From NCBI GenBank assembly GCA_040349255.1, contig JBEQUE010000231.1, positions 34,641 to 98,640 of the forward strand: DNA of 64,000 nt, written 5' to 3'. Origin of the DNA: Acidobacteriota bacterium. Lineage in GTDB: Bacteria > Acidobacteriota > Thermoanaerobaculia > Multivoradales > UBA5704. The position numbers and the translations under genes were made by a program. The notes below the pieces were generated by a model. The model was not told where the DNA came from, made no database searches, and saw only the letters and a list, made by a program, of their open reading frames with translations. Positions within the stretch are counted from its first letter, which is position 1; every line of letters begins with the position of its first letter. This document shows positions 9,459 to 15,366 of this stretch, piece by piece.

Positions 9459-9691
9459 TCAGCGCTGCCGTCGTGCCGCCTCAACCGCGGCTCGTCCGAG
9501 CTCCGCCGGAGTGGCTTTGAACGCCGCCTCCAATCCTTTCCTGGCCGCCGATGTTTGCAGGCGCTCGAGCAGACCCTCGAACTTGGTGCTTAGCGCCTCG
9601 AGGGTCTCGGAACGCGCGCTGCTCAAGGACTCGAGCTCTTCGTAGGAAAGAGCACTGCTTTCGGCGCGTCGTGCCGGGTGATCGCGACGGC
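9459..9691 (-). pseudogene. Frameshifted Phd-type antitoxin remnant (type usually paired with a zeta/AAA toxin)
   Basis: AVAITRHDAPKAVL, a one-base frameshift near 9650, then LSYEELESLSSARSETLEALSTKFEGLLERLQTSAARKGLEAAFKATPAELGRAAVEAARRQR*. Not present in the ORF track. Confidence 0.65.
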
Positions 9692-9774
9692 GTCGGACGC
9701 GGCGCGGCAGCCGGACTGCCGACGTCTTGTAGTCAAGATTGCGGGCTCGTCGCTTCCCTACGACGGCGAGTGGC

Positions 9775-10707
9775 TCAGTGCGGTTCGTCCAGGACCGCGG
9801 CGACTGAAGTGGCGACGATGGCCTTCTCCAGCCAGCGTTCCAGCCGCTCCGGATCCTTCTGGGCCAGGATGCGCTCGCGGACGGCGTCGGGTACTTCGAT
9901 GCCGCGAACCCGAAGGACGGTCAGCACATTGAGCGCCGTCGCCTCGGTCCGTCCTTTGCTGAGCCCTTCGGTAAGCCCCTTGGTGAGCCCTTCGGTAAGC
10001 CCCTCGGTGAGCCCCTCGGCATGTCCTTGCGCGACGTACTTTTTCGCGAAATCGCTCTGGTATTCGTAGCCCTTCATCATCGTCTCCAACGCGCGGCGGG
10101 CCGCGTCGTTCAGGGAATTGTACACGAGGTCGTAGTAGAACCTGGCCCGGTCATCATCGAGTCCCTGGATTGCGGGCAGCACCGCGGCGGCGATCGTCGC
10201 TCCTTGCTCGGACTCGCCGTGCGCCAGCGCGGAGAGAACGCCAAGCTCGGGCCGGCGGGACGCTTCCTCGGTGTCTGTCACGAGCGGAATTGCGGTGCGG
10301 CGAAGAACAGGTGGGCGCAGCACGAAGCCGGGGATTCCGGTCTCGATCGGTTCCGCGCACCACCCGGCGACGATCGGGTTGGGCGCGACAACGAGGAGAG
10401 CCGCCGGGCAGTTGTGGATGGCGCGGGAAACCGTCACGTAAGCAGGCCAGCTCAGACGCTTTCTGGGGTCCGTCGCCAGTTGGACCTCGACGATGATCAC
10501 CCGAACGGAGACTTCCCCATCAAGGAGCACGACGACGGCGTCAGCGCGATATTCGGCGGGCTGGATTTCGGTCAGGTCGGACGAGGCAAGGCGGGCTTCA
10601 GTGTAGGCCGGGAGCGAGACGCCGAGCACCTCGACCAGGATCTCGGCGGCGAGCGAGGGGCGGTTCTTGAAGAGATCCACAAGAATCTCGTGGGCCATGG
10701 AGGGCAT
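9775..10707 (-). CDS. Rpn-like PD-(D/E)XK nuclease/transposase-like protein
   Basis: EYRADAV...IVEVQL nuclease-like core; YQSDFAKKY followed by (EGLT)n tail; start MPSMAHE supported by a -10-like hexamer 7 nt upstream. Confidence 0.65.
   Translation of the reverse strand: MPSMAHEILVDLFKNRPSLAAEILVEVLGVSLPAYTEARLASSDLTEIQPAEYRADAVVVLLDGEVSVRVIIVEVQLATDPRKRLSWPAYVTVSRAIHNCPAALLVVAPNPIVAGWCAEPIETGIPGFVLRPPVLRRTAIPLVTDTEEASRRPELGVLSALAHGESEQGATIAAAVLPAIQGLDDDRARFYYDLVYNSLNDAARRALETMMKGYEYQSDFAKKYVAQGHAEGLTEGLTEGLTKGLTEGLSKGRTEATALNVLTVLRVRGIEVPDAVRERILAQKDPERLERWLEKAIVATSVAAVLDEPH
9960..10019 (-). repeat. Five 12-bp coding tandem repeats (EGLT/KGLT)
   Basis: Units tgagcccttcgg, taagccccttgg, tgagcccttcgg, taagcccctcgg, tgagcccctcgg. 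Confidence 0.9.
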
Positions 10708-10798
10708 GGAGGCCATTGTCGCATGAAAACATGCCCGATAGCACGTCGAAGAGATCCGGATGACGGCGAGGAGAGACACCCCGAAGCTCGCGCCAGGT

Positions 10799-11043
10799 AA
10801 AAAGCGGCGTGTTTCAACGCGGTAGAGCCAAAGGCACCGGGCTCTGCCTCCCTCCAGGGGTTGGCGTCTGTCATTCGAGGAGGGAGGCCGAGGGGAATCT
10901 TCAGGAGGGCATCCACGCGCCCTCCCATCCGGCCTTCCCCCGGAGCCGCCCGTGCCTGAACGGCAGACACGGATTCCCGGAAGGCCGGAACCCCCAGATT
11001 GGCGGATGGCGGCGGCCTTGGACTCGGCGGCCGGCCATCCTCA
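10799..11043 (-). ncRNA. Candidate structured non-coding RNA (~245 nt), family unknown
   Basis: Six consecutive stems, including two 10-bp perfect stems (ccggccttcc/ggaaggccgg and gcctccctcc/ggagggaggc); 5' boxA-like element; 3' small hairpin plus U5. Confidence 0.45.
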
Positions 11044-11060
11044 TTGAGTTGTCAAGGAAC
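11044..11060 (-). promoter_or_regulatory. boxA-like antitermination element 2
   Basis: GTTCCTTGACAACTCAA closely resembles rRNA-leader boxA sequences. No -10 lies at 17 bp, so it is not a promoter. Confidence 0.5.
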
Positions 11061-11069
11061 CACGCCATC

Positions 11070-11104
11070 AGAACAACAGGGGCCCGCCGGGATGGCGGAC
11101 CCCT
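11070..11104 (-). terminator. Intrinsic terminator after the 119-aa gene
   Basis: AGGGGTCCGCC-ATCCC-GGCGGGCCCCT (11 bp, one G-U) followed by GTTGTTCT. Confidence 0.65.
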
Positions 11105-11115
11105 GGGTGAGACAC

Positions 11116-11475
11116 CTACTCCGGCTGCGGCAGCGGGCTGTCGTCCGTGCTGCGCGTCCGGGTGTGCAGCGGCTGGAGGCCGAACTCGGCGACCTTCTGG
11201 CTGCGGTTGCCGTAGTGCTCGCGCACCGAGGTGCGCAGCACCGTGGCGAGCTTGCGGCCCTGGGCCAGCAGGAAGTAGACCCGCTCGGTGGCCTGCTGCC
11301 GGCTCGCGGTCAGCGCGGCCTGCTCGGCCGTGAAGGCCCGGATCTGGTCCAGGAGGGTCTGGAGCCTCTGGCGGGGGAGGTCCAGTTGCGCGAGCTCGCC
11401 GCTGTTCTCCTCCAGGGCGGTCAACAGCTCCTCCCATCCGTTGACGGTCGCGCCGTACGACTTCGAGTTGGGCAT
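11116..11475 (-). CDS. Hypothetical alpha-helical protein, 119 aa
   Basis: Strong RBS AAAGGAGAAGGAC-ATG; dedicated promoter and terminator; helical sequence ending EFGLQP. Confidence 0.8.
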   Translation of the reverse strand: MPNSKSYGATVNGWEELLTALEENSGELAQLDLPRQRLQTLLDQIRAFTAEQAALTASRQQATERVYFLLAQGRKLATVLRTSVREHYGNRSQKVAEFGLQPLHTRTRSTDDSPLPQPE

Positions 11476-11509
11476 GTCCTTCTCCTTTCCTGGGGTTCCC
11501 GACCCCGAT

Positions 11510-11523
11510 TGACGGCGCCGTCA
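11510..11523. promoter_or_regulatory. Perfect 14-bp palindrome in the 5' leader
   Basis: TGACGGCGCCGTCA, 35 nt upstream of the ATG at 11475. Confidence 0.45.
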
Positions 11524-11578
11524 TCGGCGCCGGTTCCTATCAGCCGGAGGCTCGCGGGTTCCACCCATTCCCAGGAGA

Positions 11579-11591
11579 AGTTTTCAAAGAT
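11579..11591 (-). promoter_or_regulatory. boxA-like element 1
   Basis: ATCTTTGAAAACT, about 22 nt downstream of the predicted TSS. Confidence 0.5.
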
Positions 11592-11608
11592 GACCGGCTT
11601 CGCCCACT

Positions 11609-11649
11609 GACGGATCGGTAGTCTAGATCCGTCTCATTGTGGATGTCAA
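11609..11649 (-). promoter_or_regulatory. Sigma70-type promoter with overlapping inverted repeat
   Basis: TTGACA (11644-11649)-N18-TAGACT (11620-11625); the IR GACGGATC-N9-GATCCGTC (11609-11633) straddles the -10. Confidence 0.7.
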
Positions 11650-11733
11650 GACGTCTAAGCGCATTTTCCTTGGACTCGACAGCAACGCCTTCCGAGGGCC
11701 GAAAAGCTGGAAATCCCCGCCGTTCCTCGTTTT

Positions 11734-12056
11734 CAGCCTCTCGGCAAGTTCGACGGGCCTCTCCGCGGGCTTCCCGGGACTCCCGTTGGCCTTGACGAGG
11801 CTCTCGTCGAGCTTCCCGAGCCTCTCATCCAGCTCGACGAGCCTCCCGGCGGCCTCCCGGGCCTTCCATCCAGCTCGACGAGCCTCTCCGCGACCTCCGC
11901 GCGGCTCTTGTCGAGGTCGTCGAGCCTCTCATCCAGGCGGACGAGCCTCTCATCGAGGTGGACGAGCCTCTCGTCCAGATGGATGAGCCCCTCGTCGACC
12001 TCCCGAGCCTCCCGTCCAGCTTGCCGAGCCTCTCGTCGAGCTCGTCCGGAGCCTCG
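11734..12056. repeat. Degenerate 21-bp-period tandem array (~15 units)
   Basis: The gagcctctc-like core recurs at 11734, 11755, 11776, 11797, 11818, 11839, 11859, 11880, 11901, 11922, 11943, 11964, 11985, 12005 and 12026. Confidence 0.9.
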
Positions 12057-12067
12057 TCAGGCTCGCT

Positions 12068-12108
12068 CCCTCTCTCCCGGCCCGGGAGAGAGGGCTGGGG
12101 AGAGAGGG
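12068..12108. repeat. BoxC/REP-like purine-pyrimidine palindromic element
   Basis: ccctctctcccgg-c-ccgggagagaggg hairpin plus ctggggagagaggg tail. Confidence 0.6.
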
Positions 12109-12142
12109 AACGGGATCAAATCCCTGTGCTATCCTCCCGGCC

Positions 12143-12418
12143 ATGGCTGTCGATCCGGAGCTGCTCGAGATCCTTGTCTGTCCCAAGTCCAGGGGTGAGC
12201 TGGAGCTGATCGACCTCCCGCAGGAGGTCCGCTCGGCGCTGGCCGAGAAATACCGGGAGCACTTCCGCGACGAGGAGCCGGTCGTGGAGCAGGGGCTCTA
12301 CTGCGCGGCCTCCGGCCTCGTCTATCCGGTCGTCGCGGACATCCCGATCATGCTGATCGAGGACGCCCTGCCGGCCTCCGCCGTGGGACGACCGGGCGAG
12401 CCCGTCCCGGCCCCCTAG
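12143..12418 (+). CDS. Trm112-family protein with internal insertion
   Basis: LLEILVCPKSRGEL...GLYCAASGLVYPVVADIPIMLIEDA. Confidence 0.8.
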   Translation: MAVDPELLEILVCPKSRGELELIDLPQEVRSALAEKYREHFRDEEPVVEQGLYCAASGLVYPVVADIPIMLIEDALPASAVGRPGEPVPAP

Positions 12419-13671
12419 TGTCCACCGCCCCGCAGGCTCCCCAGGATCCTTCCGTCCCCCCGCTCTCCCGGATCCGGCGGGCGGGCTCCTGGCTGTTCTC
12501 CGGCCATCTCCTCGCCGTCTTCAGCATCGCGGCCTCGAACATCCTCCTCGGCCTGACCGTCCTCACCCTCCCCTGGAGCCTGCGCGGCCGGCGGGAGGAC
12601 TGGAGCCGCGCGGCGCCGCTCCTGCTGTGGACCGGCGTCTACGCTCTCTGGCTGGTGGGCTCGATCTGCGCCTCGTTCGACCCGCCGACCAGCCTCGGCG
12701 GGCTGCGCGAGCTGTTCACGCTCTCCGCCCTCCTCATGGCGCCCGGCCTGGTGCGCGGCGAGGCCGAGGTCCGCCGCCTGATCGACGGTCTCGTCGCGGC
12801 CGCCGCCCTGCTCGCCTGCGCCGGCCTCTCCCAGTACCTGGTCGGCTATGGCGACATCGACCGGCGTATCCGCGGACCCTTCTCTCACTACATGACGTTC
12901 TCCGGCTTCCTCCTGATCTGCGACATGCTGCTCCTGTCCCACCTCCTGATTTCCGGCCGCGGTGGGGGCCGCTGGGGCTGGCGCTGGGTGGCCCTGGTGC
13001 CGATCAACGTTGCCCTCCTCGCCAGCTACACCCGCAGCGCCTGGGTGGGTCTGGTGGTGGCGGTGACCGTGCTCGTCCTCATCCGCGCGCCCAGGCTCCT
13101 GCTCGCCTACTTCCCGCTCGGCGTGCTCATCGTCCTCCTCGCCCCGGTGCCGATCGTGCGGCGGATGCTCTCGATCACAGACCTGCAGGACCCGTCGAAC
13201 TACGACCGCATCTGCATGCTGGAGGCCGGGCTGACCATGGTGAAGGAACGCCCGCTTTTCGGCCTCGGCCCGGAGATGGTCGAGCGCCGGTACCCGATCT
13301 ACCGCTCGCCCAGCGCGCCGCGCTTCGAGGTCCCCCACCTCCACAACAGCTTCCTGCAGCTCGCGGCCGAGCGCGGCGTCCCGACCCTGCTCGCCTATCT
13401 CGCGATGAACGCCGCCTGCCTGCGCGCCATGCTCCGGCGCTACCGCAGGGAGGGCGGACGGCGGGGGCCGCGGGCCGATCTCTATCTCGGCGGGCTGCTC
13501 GCGCTCCTCGCCTTCAACGTGGCCGGCCTGTTCGAGAACAACTGGGGCGATACGGAGGTCCAGCGCCCGGCCCTGTTCCTGTTCGTGCTGCCGTTCTGTC
13601 TGGCGGCCGGGTCCGAGGAAGACGCCGGCGAGCCGGATGATATGCTCCCGGACCGGCCGGAGGCCGTTTGA
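12418..13671 (+). CDS. O-antigen ligase (Wzy_C) family membrane protein
   Basis: Multi-TM; SYTRSAW, RPLFGLGP and HLHNSFLQLAAERG motifs. Confidence 0.8.
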   Translation: MSTAPQAPQDPSVPPLSRIRRAGSWLFSGHLLAVFSIAASNILLGLTVLTLPWSLRGRREDWSRAAPLLLWTGVYALWLVGSICASFDPPTSLGGLRELFTLSALLMAPGLVRGEAEVRRLIDGLVAAAALLACAGLSQYLVGYGDIDRRIRGPFSHYMTFSGFLLICDMLLLSHLLISGRGGGRWGWRWVALVPINVALLASYTRSAWVGLVVAVTVLVLIRAPRLLLAYFPLGVLIVLLAPVPIVRRMLSITDLQDPSNYDRICMLEAGLTMVKERPLFGLGPEMVERRYPIYRSPSAPRFEVPHLHNSFLQLAAERGVPTLLAYLAMNAACLRAMLRRYRREGGRRGPRADLYLGGLLALLAFNVAGLFENNWGDTEVQRPALFLFVLPFCLAAGSEEDAGEPDDMLPDRPEAV

Positions 13672-13720
13672 CGGCACGTGCCTTGCACGCGCCGGGGGGA
13701 CAGAACAGGGACTTGCCGCC

Positions 13721-14452
13721 TTGCGCCTCGATCATCTCCTGGTTCAGAGAGGGCTGTTTCCGACGCGGGAGCAGGCCCGGCGCGCCGTCATGGCCGGCAT
13801 CGTCGAGCTCGACGGCCACCGGGCGGACAAGCCCGGCACGCCCGTCGGAGAGGACGCCCGCGTCTCCGTCCTCGGCCCGAAGGAGCCCTTCGTCTCCCGC
13901 GCCGGCCGCAAGCTGGCCGACGCCCTCGACCATTTCCAGGTCGATCCGGCCGGCCTCGTCTGCCTCGACGTGGGCGCCTCGACCGGCGGCTTCACCGACT
14001 GCCTGCTCCAGCGCGGCGCCGTCCGGGTCTACGCCCTCGACGTCGGCTACGGCCAGCTCGACCACAAGCTGCGCTACGACGACCGGGTGGTGGTCATGGA
14101 ACGGGTCAACGCCCGCAATCTCGGCCCCGGGGACCTGCCGGAGCCGGCGGGCCTGATCACGATCGACGTCTCCTTCATCTCGCTTTCCAAGGTGATGCCG
14201 GCGCTCGTCCCGCACCTGGCTGCGGGCGGGCGGGTGCTCGCGCTGATCAAGCCGCAGTTCGAGGCCGGCAAGGGCGCGGTCGGCAAGGGCGGCATCCTGC
14301 GCGACGAGGAGCTGCGCCTCAAGGTGATCGACGAGTGCTCCGCGGAGCTCGCCGGCCCGGGGCTGGAGCTGCTCGGCGTCCACGACTCGGCCGTGACCGG
14401 CATGGGCGGCAACCGCGAGGCGTTCGCCCTGCTCCGGAAGGAGTCTGTGTGA
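13721..14452 (+). CDS. tlyA: TlyA-family rRNA 2'-O-methyltransferase
   Basis: S4 domain (RLDHLLV); FVSRAGRKL, LDVGASTGGFTDCLLQRGA and LIKPQFE motifs; start approximate (TTG 13721). Confidence 0.92.
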   Translation: MRLDHLLVQRGLFPTREQARRAVMAGIVELDGHRADKPGTPVGEDARVSVLGPKEPFVSRAGRKLADALDHFQVDPAGLVCLDVGASTGGFTDCLLQRGAVRVYALDVGYGQLDHKLRYDDRVVVMERVNARNLGPGDLPEPAGLITIDVSFISLSKVMPALVPHLAAGGRVLALIKPQFEAGKGAVGKGGILRDEELRLKVIDECSAELAGPGLELLGVHDSAVTGMGGNREAFALLRKESV

Positions 14453-15366
14453 GCCGCCGCCGGAAGCTCCAGCGCATCGGGGTGGTGGCCAAGGCGGCGA
14501 GCCGGGAGGCCGTCCATACCGCGCACGAGCTGGCCGAGTGGCTCCGCCGCCGCGGCCTGGAGGTGGCGCTCGACGAGGCCATCCTGCGGGCCGCGGGGGT
14601 CGCCCAGGACCCGCCGTTCCGGCCGGGGGAGACCTACGACCTCGTGGTGGTCCTGGGCGGCGACGGCACCCTCCTCTCCGTGGCCCGCACCCTGGCCGGC
14701 CGCGTGCCGATCCTCGGCGTCAACCTCGGCAATCTCGGGTTCCTCACCGAGATCAGCCGCGGCGAGCTCTACCCGGCCCTGGTGCAGGTCTTCTCCGGCC
14801 GCTTCCGCACCGAGACGCGGTCGCTGTTCGACATCGACCTGAAGCGCGCCGGCGGCGAGGCCGGCGGCGGCGGCCTCCGATACCGGGTGCTCAACGACGC
14901 CGTGATCACCAAGAGCGCGCTGGCCCGGATCATCGAGCTCACCCTGCGCGTGGACGGCCACCTGGTAGCCCGCTTCCGCGCCGACGGCCTGATCATCTCG
15001 ACCCCGACCGGCTCGACGGCCTACAACCTGTCGGCCGGCGGCCCGATCCTCAGCCCGCAGCTCGGCGTCGCCGTCCTGACTCCGATCTGCCCGCACGCCC
15101 TGTCGCTGCGGCCGATCGTGGTGCCCGACTCCGGCGCCATCGAGGTGACCCTGGAGACGCCGCGCGAGGAGGTCTATCTCACGCTCGACGGCCAGGAGGG
15201 GACCTCGCTCGGCCAGGGCGATACGGTGTCGATCACCCGCAGCAAGGTCGCGGTCAAGCTGATCAAGGTGTCGGAGCGGACGTTCTACGACAACCTGCGC
15301 GGCAAGCTGCGCTGGGGCGGCCTCCACAACGGCGACGCTCCTGGAGACGGAGGCCGGGGTGAGTGA
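14449..15366 (+). CDS. nadK: NAD(+) kinase
   Basis: GGDGTLL, GVNLGNLGFL, VLNDAVI and TPTGSTAYNLSAGGP motifs; GTG start overlaps the tlyA TGA. Confidence 0.93.
   Translation: MSRRRKLQRIGVVAKAASREAVHTAHELAEWLRRRGLEVALDEAILRAAGVAQDPPFRPGETYDLVVVLGGDGTLLSVARTLAGRVPILGVNLGNLGFLTEISRGELYPALVQVFSGRFRTETRSLFDIDLKRAGGEAGGGGLRYRVLNDAVITKSALARIIELTLRVDGHLVARFRADGLIISTPTGSTAYNLSAGGPILSPQLGVAVLTPICPHALSLRPIVVPDSGAIEVTLETPREEVYLTLDGQEGTSLGQGDTVSITRSKVAVKLIKVSERTFYDNLRGKLRWGGLHNGDAPGDGGRGE

Noticed and set aside
9775-10707. Intact insertion sequence
   Set aside because: No terminal inverted repeats or target duplication and no DDE/HUH motifs; Rpn-like proteins are not shown to be autonomous transposases.
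11050-11055. TTGACA as a -35 promoter element
   Set aside because: The position 17 bp downstream reads GGCCGC, not a -10; the context fits boxA better.
10901-11524. 207-aa minus-strand ORF spanning the candidate ncRNA
   Set aside because: Alternative frame over the 119-aa gene, crossing its terminator; Pro/Arg/Gly-rich, non-protein-like composition.
11476-11612. c-di-GMP-I riboswitch in the leader of the 119-aa gene
   Set aside because: Only a GCCTCCGGC fragment resembles the motif; the GGCAAACC/GAAA/GACGCAAA core is missing. A covariance-model scan would settle it.
11734-12056. CRISPR array
   Set aside because: Contiguous degenerate 21-bp units with no constant repeat plus unique spacer structure; no cas genes in the window.
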